The translations under genes and the position numbers were made by a program. 64,000 bases of DNA. Source: Girardia tigrina. Taxonomy: Eukaryota. Below the pieces are notes generated by a model. The model was not told the origin of the DNA. It saw nothing but the letters and a program-made list of their open reading frames with translations, and searched no databases. Location: assembly GCA_001938485.1 (NCBI GenBank), contig MQRK01254795.1, positions 23,526-87,525 on the forward strand, given 5' to 3'. The stretch's first letter is position 1, and each line of letters starts with the position of its first letter. Shown in pieces: positions 12,201 to 24,299 of this stretch.

Positions 12201-13677
12201 TTATGCCCTAATCTACCAGCAATTACACTGGGTTTAATTTTTCATTTAAATACATGGGAAATTAAGCCCGAATAAACAAATTTACATTTAAATGTAAATT
12301 TTATTTAACTTAGTTTAAAAAAACTTTAAAATTAAATAAAATTAAAAAATAATTCTTAAAACTAATTAAAATTTTTATGTAAATTATTTATTTTTCAAAA
12401 CGGGTATAAATATCCCTAAACTTAAAAAATAATTTTAATTAAACGCAAGAATAGTAAACGTAATAAAAAGGAAATTTTTTAAGTCTTATTTTTCAAAGTA
12501 AAATTATTAATAGAAGAAGATTTACAAAATATTTTGGAATCCTCCATAGTTATTTATACGTTGCATTATTCGGAAAAATTTTGTGATTCAATTGAATAAA
12601 GTTTTTAAAAAGAATTCCTTTGACTTATTACTATTATTAATATTTGAAAACTAATCTCCGATGAGCTTCATTTGAATTGAAACCTCAAGAGAGGGTTAAT
12701 CGAATTAATATATTCATTACAAAGTTGGAAGAACCATTTGAAAAGGAGTCAGACAATTATATTTGAAAGCTTGTTTAAAGTTATTAACAAAAATAAAAAA
12801 AAACAAAAAAAATAAAAAATTCCGGTGACGTAATGACATATGAAATCCCCGGAATTTGAACTCTAGTGATGTCATGAGATGTAACATCACTGAAGTTCAA
12901 TGTTATTGAATGTGGTGAGGAATTACATCACCACACTTTGCCTGAGCGATTGTCAGTCTCCCGTTTATTGGTCGTCATTTTTGAAATGATTTCAACATGG
13001 TCAATAAGTTATGAACGAGAAATCAAAGTTTTCCTCACTTCGCCGAGCATTCCATTGAGTGTTTGAACAACCACTTATCAATTGGCAAAGGCAGATAAAG
13101 TGTTGTTATCAGATGACCAAGATACAAGCATTGATTGCTTTGTAATATCTGGACAAACAACGCAACTGGCAAAAGACGATATTGACGAGAAGGCTTTACT
13201 TCGTTTGAATACAATCGAACAATTTAAAAAACACGCTTTTCATATCTGCAAAATCACATTTCAAAAAGAGAGATTGTGGGAAGGGGGAGTTTGTGACTGC
13301 TCAGATTTTGCCAAAAACTTTATCTGTAAACATGTTCTTGGTTTTTCAATTCGAATCGGCAAATTTAGAGCGCCTACAACTGCAAAGAATGTCCCGATCG
13401 GCGAAAAACTAAAACGTGGAAGACCGTCGAAAGCTAAAAAGGCATTGATTGTACAATAAAGATATTGAATTTTTTATTAAATACTTACAATGTTTTTTAT
13501 TTTTATTACTTAGCTTTTATATACTTTTACTTTGCTTTTTATTATTTTACTGAGCAAATTTGTACTTTTAACTGAGAATTTAAATTAAAAAATACTGAGA
13601 ATTTAAATAAAAAATACCGAGCGTTTATATAAAAATACTGAACGTTTATATTTTTCTGATATATTTAAAACACGACT
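9235..13677 (+). mobile_element. MULE/Mutator element; SWIM-domain transposase pseudogene (~9700-10970 joined to 12941-13459)
   Basis: Motifs HEDGTYKLNWHG, ILISDASAAI, VMGWAHMRR, PSTNNAFESFN, SWIM CDC..F.KNFICKH and C-terminal AT-hook KRGRPSK. CTCAGTA arrays at 9240-9470 are mirrored by TACTGAG arrays at 13550-13640. Ends are approximate. Confidence 0.85.
10971..12935. mobile_element. TGT...ACA insertion with 5-bp target-site duplication (TSD) splitting the MULE transposase (solo-LTR-like; contains an N gap)
   Basis: CTTTG|TGTAAAG ... CACCACA|CTTTG. Removing it restores the frame KDEHTL|PERLSVSR. Confidence 0.65.
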
Positions 13678-13699
13678 TAAATAATTACAAAAGTCATTG

Positions 13700-14571
13700 A
13701 ATGTATCCACGAAGTAATGGTTTTCAATGAACACATTTAATAGGCTGGCGAATCTGAAACATCAAATTCCTTTAGTCAGCTTAACAATTGGTCCGCTATC
13801 AGTCTTCGGTATATTTCCTGTAATACCAGGTCTAGTCTTAATTCTGGTGCCATTTAATCCAGTATTATTTGATTGATATTTTCTAGGAGGTCCGCCGTGA
13901 TGTTTTGATATCCCAGATCCATCTCCTCTGATCTCTCAGCTTTCATGGGTCAAGATGGAATGGTGCAGCGTTTCAATCATCGGAGGGAATGGCCGCATTT
14001 TTCGATCGATTATTGGGGTTGTTGAGGAAGGAAACAATATTGATCCTTTCATAAATTCACCGTTGATTGCAGCCATTGCGTTTAATGTCTATGATAAGGT
14101 TAGTTGTTATGAATAATAATTAATTTTTACCTGAATATTTATTATTAGTTTCGTTCTGCCATGAACTTCTTCTCATGTTTTAATCGAAGCTGTAGAAAGG
14201 CAGATGGGTGCAGTTGTTCTGTCCGATCTGTCATTCATGAATTTTTCCTGATCTCCGCCATGTGATATTTCAGGTTTGGATTCGTATATGATAGATTTTG
14301 GATGATGTCCATAGTGATATTGCTGGTAAGTATTTTGCGTACTAATATAGCATTCTTCTTCAGCGCTGTCGGTTTCAGTGTTCTCCATTGCTGCGATGTA
14401 CTGAATTGTGATGTGGATATTTTCCATACACCATTTCTGCAAGGCCGGACTGGAGAACAGGATGTATTCATAATTTTCCAACTTTAAGTAGGGGTAACTG
14501 GATCTGACACCGTTTCTGTTTGTGTGCTGATTGAATATTTGTTTTTCCTTAAAGTTTTCTTTGAGAGTCAT
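13700..14571 (-). pseudogene. Unidentified decayed intron-containing coding sequence
   Basis: Coding-like composition with broken ORFs and a clean short intron (CAG|GTAAAA...ctaaccttatcaTAG, ~14130-14089). No recognisable domain. Confidence 0.3.
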
Positions 14572-14789
14572 GTCATCATTTTATTTTTATGTTTTCTTAA
14601 AAATAAATGAAAAATGTATTCATTTCAATTCAAATTAGCGATATTTTTCTTCATATTTTTCTGTATTTTTTACATATTTAATTGTATTTTTTCTATTTTT
14701 TATAATTATCATTATATATCTATTCAATTTTTCTAGTGGCTTTTTTAATAATAAAAAACTATAAAGATATATTAATTTAAAATTTTTAT

Positions 14790-15480
14790 TGGAAAACATG
14801 TTTCGCCACTTCTGTGGCATCTTCAGTTCTGTAAGAAAGTAAATCGCTGTTGCATTTATAATCGAAAGACCATTATTTCACCATGTCTTACATCAGAATA
14901 CTCTAATATGATTGGACGAATCACTTTACACGTTTAAATAAGGTTTATGAAACTTAATTAACAGTGCTTCAGTAATAATCCTTTCATAGTTACAGTCAAA
15001 ATTACTGATCAAAACCCGAAAATCACTCTCCTATGAGTACCATAACAGCTCTTAATGTGATCTACAATAGAGCTTTTTCTACTGGATTGGGTATGCTCAG
15101 CAATTCTAGTACGGAGGTGACGATTTGTCTCTCCAATGTACAAGGATTCACACTTGTCACATTTAAACTGGTAGACTAAATTTGCTTTCATACCCAATTG
15201 TGTTTTTGATTTACTAGAAAAGTAATTAGATATTTTGTTAGTAAGAAAAACCAATTTAGTTTTATCGCCTACTAGAGACCATTTTTCAAAAAATCTTAAA
15301 ATCCTTTGCTCCTTCAGAGTATGGGAATTTTAAGAAAAGTTTCTTTGTGTTAGTCCTTTCCTCAGAAGTATTAAGCTTGATATGGATAAAATTATTAGTT
15401 TTTACATAGATCAATTCAACCGTATTATTAAAGATCTTATTTAGATATTTTATATTATCTGTTGTATACATCAATTTCTA
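14790..15480 (-). mobile_element. Penelope-like retroelement 3' fragment (GIY-YIG endonuclease)
   Basis: LFLKFPY... then NLVYQFKCDKCESLYIGETNRHLRTRIAEH...SSIVDH. Confidence 0.9.
14791..14830 (-). ncRNA. Minimal hammerhead-ribozyme-like motif at the Penelope 3' end
   Basis: Minus strand reads CUGAAGA-U-GCCAC-AGAA-GUGGC-GAAA-CAUG-UU: conserved core boxes, a 5-bp stem II and a palindromic stem III remnant, as described for Penelope-like elements. Confidence 0.7.
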
Positions 15481-16035
15481 CACTACAAATAACATCAAAT
15501 CAACACAAGCTAACCAACAAAAATTACAAAAACAAAAGTAAATAATTTTTATCAAATAGAGAACATTGCGTGAATTTGAAAAAGAAAAAACAACAATTTA
15601 TTTTACATACAAACTATCAATTTTGTCTTGCTGTTTTGTTTTATCAGATTAAATTGTGTAAAAAGATTTTGTAACAAATCAAATTCTATGTAAATAAAGC
15701 AAATACATGGCGGAATTAAAAATTTCGAACCACTCTGTTATTCATTTTGAAACAAATAATTTATCGTGATGTTGAAACGATCGATACGGCGATCAAAATA
15801 ATCGACCTCTATATTGGTCCCATGGAGACTCGGGACCACTCAGGTGGAAATATCATTCGGATTCGTCGTTTTGCTAGATCATTCAAAAATGTCAGAAAAA
15901 CCGACCGACGATCGCAGATCCCCACTTGACAAAACCCGGTGTCAATGGCACTGAATCAAAACATCAACCACGTGTGCCAACATCTACCAATTAGGCAATA
16001 TAACTGATCCGAACCGACTATGATTTACTTTAATA

Positions 16036-17917
<1,882 letters not shown>

Positions 17918-18213
17918 TATTTGAAAATAAATTTACAAATAATCGAAGTTTTGTAAACACCCTAAATACAACAATACACGTTAAGTTATTTTGTATATTT
18001 TCCCATTCTTTTTATTAGCTTACTTTCTATATAGGTATATATGGTTCTAGGTCGATTCGACTAAGGTTAGTTCGACTAACGATTAATTAGACTATGGTAG
18101 TTTCAACTAATGGTCGATTCGACTAATTATGATTTTAAAACATTAATTGTTGATTGTAGCTAAACATTAAATGCTTAATAAATAAATTCCTATATATATA
18201 TATATATATATAT

Positions 18214-18976
18214 GGTCTTACTACACTTAATCGCGTTTGAATTTAAAATTTTAATTTTTTTAAATACAATACTTCATTTTTGATATAAAATTGTAGAAAC
18301 AGTAATTAAAAAATAAAACAACAAGAAAAAATGCATTTAATCAACCAAATTTATTTACAAGACAAAGTGCTTTTAAATATATAAGCATGTAAATTCTTCC
18401 AAAATTTGTCAAAGCTTCTGATAATCTTCTATTAAGTATTCGATACTTCCATTTAGGAATTTGAATCTTACCGGTTGCACCTTGTAAAAGATATGATTTT
18501 TGTTGATGTAAATCTTTATTAATCCCTTCAAAAAACTTCCATGAAGTAGGATGGTGGCATGAAAATTAAGATTGTAAAGAATAATGCCAGCATTCTACTG
18601 CATTTGTAGTTCTTGCTATTCCACTACTTCCGGTTAAAAATTGATTCCAAGTTTTTATTGGAAACAAGGGCTCAGCAAAAGTTATATTATCCCAATGGAT
18701 TCTTCTTCCTCTTATATAAGTTCTTTCAAAATAATTAATAAATTCATTTATTTCTTCAATTTCTCCGATTTGAGCTTCTGGTAGAATATCAAATGCGTTT
18801 TCAGCATTTTCAGTAGGAACAAAGGCTAAAGCAACAAATGATCTAATATATTCTCTTACTTCCTCATTAGTTTCATATATAGACTTTTTATATCAAAAAT
18901 TTTATATCTAAAATTAACAATTGTATTTCAACAAATAAGAATTTTATATTCAAACGCGATTAAGTGTCAGTAGACC
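18214..18976 (-). mobile_element. Non-autonomous MULE carrying a transposase C-terminal fragment, inserted in (TA)n
   Basis: TIRs GGTCT(T)ACT(G)ACACTTAATCGCGTTTGAAT at both ends, flanked by ATATATAT. Internal ALAFVP...NYFERTYI...LFPIKTWN...RTTNAVECWH...HHPTSWKF. Confidence 0.85.
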
Positions 18977-18999
18977 ATATATATGGTTCCATGGAATTT

Positions 19000-19195
19000 A
19001 AAAACATATTTTTGAAGACCTTTTACTCAAACAATTTTTTCCAATATTTGCAGAATTACTCATTCTCGATGACAATAAATGATTATGTGAAAATTTGATC
19101 GAAAAAAACTTCTTAAGACCCCGAAATGGGAAAAAACGGAAAATTCGGAGTTCCCGAACAATATTAATTGAAAAATATCTACTTATAAATTATAA
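19000..19195. repeat. Dispersed ~200-bp repeat; second copy at ~28170-28380
   Basis: Shared actcatt(c/t)tcgatgacaa, aatgg(g/a)aaaaaacgg and atctacttataaattata. Confidence 0.7.
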
Positions 19196-19205
19196 TTAGT
19201 TTATA

Positions 19206-20169
19206 CAGTCGACTCCGGATAACTCAATTTCCGATAACTCGATAATTCGGTTTACTCGATATGTTGTGATTGTCCCGGCTGAGAGTACATACATTTACGT
19301 TGCAGTAACACCGGATAACTTGATAAACCGCTTTACTCGATATAATCTGTGAATCCCTACTATATAAATATTCGCATAACTCGATATTCAAAATAAAAAA
19401 AGCAAAAGCAGGGCCAGTTGAGAAACATTATTTTTGATATTTTATCTGAATTTATGTAATGTTAAAAAATACATGTAATATTTAATTAATGTAATATGTT
19501 GTGAAATTAAAAAAAATAGAATTTCTTTAAGTGTTTAAAATTGTAAATTTGTATAGATCAAACTTTTTGAAATTTGAAAATTTGTCTTTGTTAAAAAAAG
19601 ACATTTTCTATAAAAGTGTGATTGTTTTATTTCCAGTTTGTTGAAAAACTAAAGATTTCGATTTTATCTCGAACAAAGGTTAATACAATACAATAATTAT
19701 TCACTTTTAGTTTAAAATATCCTTGCTCCTAACACTGACAGTAATGGCATCAAAATCAAGAAGCCTTAAAAGATCATGCAGCAACAAAACCATTGCAAAA
19801 AAGCACAAGATTGTTCAATTTGTAATTTCCAATTCTACCTGGAAACAAATGGATGTGTGTTCCAAATTCGGATTAAAGCAGTTTACATTGTCAACTTACC
19901 TGGGTAATAAAGAAAAAATTATCGAAATGTATCAGAACATGGACTCGACACTAAAGAAGAGAAATCGTCCTACGAACTACGAAGATGTAGACACCGCTCT
20001 GCTAATTTGTTTCAAGCAGAAACACGACGCTGGTCTGTGTTTGGATGACGAGATACTGCGGACTAAGGCCACTGAATTTGCAACAATACTGGACCTAGAA
20101 AAATTTGACCAGAATGGAATTACATTATCTTGGATCAACCGTAGGAAAAGTCAGCATGACATTATGTAG
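19206..20169 (+). mobile_element. Tigger-like element 5' half (psq HTH plus CENP-B HTH); probable 3' remnant at ~21970-22018
   Basis: TA|CAGTCGACTCCGGATAACTC TIR with GATAACTCG repeats. ORF 19744-20169: TIAKKHKIV...STYLGNKEKI...YEDVDTALLICF...ILRTKATEFA. Confidence 0.85.
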
Positions 20170-20199
20170 CGTTAAATTGCCTTTTGCACCCAACTGCAA

Positions 20200-20566
20200 T
20201 TATATTGACCTTGGACGACCAGATCGAGATCTTGAACATAAGGAACCAGTCTCCCTTTTTCTCTGAACAGTCTGACACACTATTCCAAGAGAAACATTAA
20301 GAGTTGTAGCTATTTGTCGATAAGAAATGTCGTGCTTCTGCAATGCCAAAACTGCTGCACGCTGTTCTGTTGTTAGCTCCTTGCCGCGGACAGGCATGAT
20401 TCTAAAATAAATAATGACAATTTATAACTTGAAAAGTAATAAAAATAAAATATGCATTTAATCATTTAAATGGTTTTATGTATACTTAACAAGGAATACA
20501 CAAACATGCAGTACAACAACAAAAAGCAAATAGAAACAAGCGTTCACAAACTTTTGCACCTGACTG
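20200..20566 (-). mobile_element. Tc1 element 5' end (TIR and paired-like HTH)
   Basis: TA|CAGTCAGGTGCAAAAGTTTGTGAAC TIR; MPVRGKELTTEQR...SYRQIA...RSGRPR. Confidence 0.88.
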
Positions 20567-20569
20567 TAT

Positions 20570-21960
20570 ATACATTCTGTAGTATGTACCAAAAATTTAT
20601 TACAAAACAGAGTTTTTTGTGCCCAGACGGGACTTGAACTAATTGGGTTTTTGGCTTCATTTTTCTTCAGCATCATCGCTCGCCACTTCGGTGATCACTG
20701 GAAGCTGTATAGAACCACTACTTCACAGACTTTCATCTTCGGCATCCTCGAATATTGGGTATTCAATCGCAGGGGCTCTTGGGTTGTGAACTTGATCATC
20801 ACGGAATCGGGATAAGTTCGTTGTGTCCCTTCCGTCACAGAATTCAGCCCATTGACGCGCACTCCATCGAATATTGGCTCTGATAGTCGTGATTGCAATG
20901 GCCTTCTCTCTGTCTGAGAGGAAGATGGCCCTGAGGGGTTTGATGTTATCGGGGATCCAGGTTCCTAAATCTCCTACAATGAAAGTATAGCACTTTATGA
21001 TCGCTGTACTGATTCTTTATGGATTGAGCTAGAGGGCCGCAGTGTTCAAGATTATCCTTATCTGCACGCTCAAAGTTATCTTTTCCATCAAAGGGACACT
21101 TAACATCAATCAGGACAATTCGCCTCTTTTCAGGAAAGTAAATCTGCAAATCAACTCTAAGTGGGGAGTAAACAAAGCGACATTGAACGTTGACATAGAG
21201 TTCAGCGTTGCAGTACTGGCGAATTTCTGAATCTAGAATGTCAAGAACGGTATCATGTCGAGCATTAATGTTGGACATAAGGGAAGGACAGCAACAGAGA
21301 ACATGTTTAAGAGTTTCCGCATATTCACCGCATCGCCTACAAGGAACAGTTTCCCAAAACCGACATTTAACTGGGAGAGTGTATGAACGACCCTTCTGAA
21401 TGAATTGCCATTCAAAGTCATATAGGACAGAGGTTCTCAACCTTTTTTGCCGAATGACCCACTCGACACAATACATGAAATTTTGTGACACACCTGTTAT
21501 CAAGCGAAGGTATTATGTAACTTTGAGGTTTTCAAAATATTAATTCTAGACTCTAGTCAAGTGACACTAGAGTGTAAACAGCTCAGAAACTTACTTATCG
21601 GGTTCTTGGTTATTTTCGTATGTATAGTGGCGCATCCGGTGGGACGAGATCAGGTCATAGCTGTCACTGGTGGCGACCATGTTGTTGTTTTGACCTGTTT
21701 TATCGAGGATGGTTAACAGCAATCGTATTGATTTTATTTGATAACAGTATACAGTCTACACTACAAAGTTGAATCTTGAAAATTATTATATAAAATTTAA
21801 GAGTATTGCATATTATCAAGCAAATCATCGCGACACACTGCCGATTCAATCGCGACACACCGGTTGAGAAACACTGATATAGGAGACTCTTGTAAACAAC
21901 AGAGGTCATGGATGTAGAATTACTGATTTTTCTAAACGCGTGGATATCGGGAAAGGGAAT
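20570..21960 (-). mobile_element. REL-endonuclease non-LTR retrotransposon 3' part (NeSL/Utopia/R2 group)
   Basis: CCHC knuckle CRRCGEYAETLKHVLCCC, RHD, LRVDL...IDVKCPFD restriction-like endonuclease. 3' tail aagtcccgtctgggcac...aataaatttt. Confidence 0.85.
21428..21876. mobile_element. hAT (Buster/Charlie-type) MITE
   Basis: TIRs CAGAGGTTCTCAACC / GGTTGAGAAACACTG and a perfect 8-bp TSD ATATAGGA with central TA. It interrupts the REL element ORF. Confidence 0.92.
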
Positions 21961-22151
21961 TATGTTGTTGTTCGCTTATCTCGATAAGTTTCGGAAGTCC
22001 CAAGCATATCGAGTTATTGTCTTTTTTTAATTAAATCTCTGTTGGCAAAGTAGAGTTCTGTGTGCATAAAGAATGGATATAAATAAATTTTATTTTGTGA
22101 TTTAAATTTCTTATTATAAATTATTTTTTCTGGATTCTAAAGTTTCACATT

Positions 22152-22828
22152 CTTCTTCTTCTTTTGACCTTAGCCGTTGGGCTATGGGTGCACCCAATTA
22201 TAAACAAGCCTTCGTCACATCTTTCTATTTGTAGCTTCTTTCCTCAGACATTCCATACTCAGTCCAGTCCATTCTTTTAAATCGTCCATCCATTGCCTCT
22301 GGTCTTTCTCCTTCCACTCTTCCCTCAATCATAACCCTTGCTAGTGCTTGTTTTCTTATTTGATGACCGTAGAATTTCAGCTTCCTTCTCTTGATGATCT
22401 CTTCTATTTCTTCCCGTTTTTTACCTAGTATTTCTGTCACTCTACTCCAAACAAAGGCATTTGTCTTCTTTTCTTTCCACGTGATCTTCAGCATTCTCCT
22501 GCAGCACTTCATTTCAAACGCCATAAGTCTATCCATTCTCTTCTGATTTATTGTCCAACTCTCGCATCCATAGGAGTGTTGCCCAGACAATAGCCTTAGT
22601 GATCTTCAATCTGCTCTTGAGATGGATTTCTTTGAGGTTAAAAACTGTGCTAAGTTTAATCATTGCGCTTGTTGATATACCAATCGGCTTCTGATTTCTT
22701 CTTCGCTTCTCCCATTCTCTGTGATAGTAGAGCCTAAATATTTGAAACTCTTAACTTGTTCCAGTTTCTCCCCTTCAATGAAAAACAATGAAACGAGGCT
22801 AAACTGGAGATTTTCATTGAAGGGGGAC
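22152..22828 (-). mobile_element. 5'-truncated RTE-clade LINE with a 5' inversion
   Basis: EQVKSFKYLGS, YGCESWT...AFEMKCCRRML, KLKFYGH; (GAA)n tail; 12-bp TSD aagtttcacatt at 22140-22151 and 22829-22840. Confidence 0.9.
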
Positions 22829-23108
22829 AAGTTTCACATTACGGTGGAAATATTTTTTTCATATTTTCAAATTAACGCAGCAATATTTGAGGGTTTTGCC
22901 GAATGTATTTAATAATTGTTGCAATAATTCAACAATCATTTTTGATTTATGTGCCGTTGGAAGCCAAGAAAATACCGATCGGTCACCTCGGTCAGGAGAG
23001 CCACAATCCCAATCGACACACAACACTCGAAACATAAAACGAGGAACCATCAACAAACAATGAAAATAACGAAACGTGTATTTAATCGAAATAACCAGAG
23101 CACGAGAA

Positions 23109-23153
23109 TCATCTCTTGGCGTCGCCCAGGTCCTCGATCGTGTCTTCTGAGAT
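23109..23153 (-). CDS. DENR: DENR exon 4
   Basis: [14 protein letters not shown], matching the DENR C-terminal IEDLG, after a 61-nt intron. Total CDS is 528 nt (175 aa). Confidence 0.92.
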   Translation of the reverse strand: MSEDTIEDLGDAKR

Positions 23154-23214
23154 CTGGGGAAACAAATCGTCCGATAAACCGAATCATTCAACAATCAATC
23201 AATCAATCAATCAC

Positions 23215-23504
23215 CTCGGGCCATTTCTCGGTGAGAATGTCGATCAAGTCGTCCTTGATGTCGCCCTGGATCACGATCTCGTCGGCGCCCGTCACGGAAC
23301 TGCCGGTGGCGAATTTCTGGCCGAAAAACTTCGAGGCGACTTTGAGATCGATTCCGCATGTCGTGAGCCCGGTGATGACCGTCACGAACTTCTTGCGGCC
23401 TCTGCTCGCTCGGGATATGGCGATCTTCTGTTCCACTTCTTTCTTCTTCTTCACTTGGCCTTTGCCTCCGCGAGTTTGTCGGTGTTTCTGGTCGTCACTC
23501 GCTT
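23215..23504 (-). CDS. DENR: DENR exon 3 (SUI1 domain)
   Basis: QTRGGKG...[13 protein letters not shown]...[18 protein letters not shown]...EKWPE. CAG acceptor in matching phase 1. Confidence 0.95.
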
Positions 23505-24299
23505 CTGGGTTGGCATTGATTTTAATGATTGCGATTATTGTCGAGACGAGCGAATATTATTTTTAATTTAAAAAAACAAATAAATAAAAATATTTTTTTT
23601 GATTTTTATATTTTTAAAAAGGGAAAACTTAATTTAAAAAATTAATAGAAATAGTAATAATTATTTTTAAATTGATTAATAGTTATTTCTGATTTTATTT
23701 GTAATAAAATTGAAGAAAATACATAAATAAAATGCATTAAATAAAACTTTAAAATTTATTTATTTATATTTTTAGGTATAAAAAACAAAAATTATACAAT
23801 TTTTAATTTTTGAAAAATAGAAACAAAATAAATTTAATAATAATAAATAAAAATAGCAATATTTTTTTCTGATTTTAGTTTTAATAAAATGTAAAATTAA
23901 TGTAAAATTTAAAAAAAAATATTTTTTATTGTTAAAAAAATAATTAAAATATATTTTCTTTTTCTTGATTAATTCATAATAAAATTTTTTTAATAAGAAA
24001 ACCTAATTTACAAAATTAATAAAAATATAATAAATTAAAATTTTTATGCATAAAAAATAGCAAAAAATAGAAAATTAGAATAATGATTTAATCGATAATC
24101 TTATTCATTTAAAAAGAAACAATTTATGCATGTTAATAAATTAAATTTATAATTAAAAGACGATGATAATAGTAAAATTGATCAATCGATATTTTTATTA
24201 ATAGAAAAAAATGAATTATCTTAAAATAAAATTGACTTATTTTATTCATTTGTTTTCAATAAAATTTATTCTGTTGTTAATATTAAAGAAAAAATTGTT

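Noticed and set aside
12655-12700. Hammerhead-like ccgatgag...gaaac...gtt
   Set aside because: The core has a U-to-C change, stem II is weak and there is no convincing stem I.
18050-19390. Short regularly spaced repeats (tcgacta, gataactcg) resembling a CRISPR array
   Set aside because: Eukaryotic context with no unique spacers or cas genes; they are transposon subterminal repeats.
22040-22090. ~45-bp motif also at ~31540 and ~61725
   Set aside because: A real but short dispersed repeat end with no structure or function evident.
22949-23571. Long plus-strand ORFs (205 and 151 aa)
   Set aside because: Antisense shadows of the GC-rich DENR exons 3 and 4.
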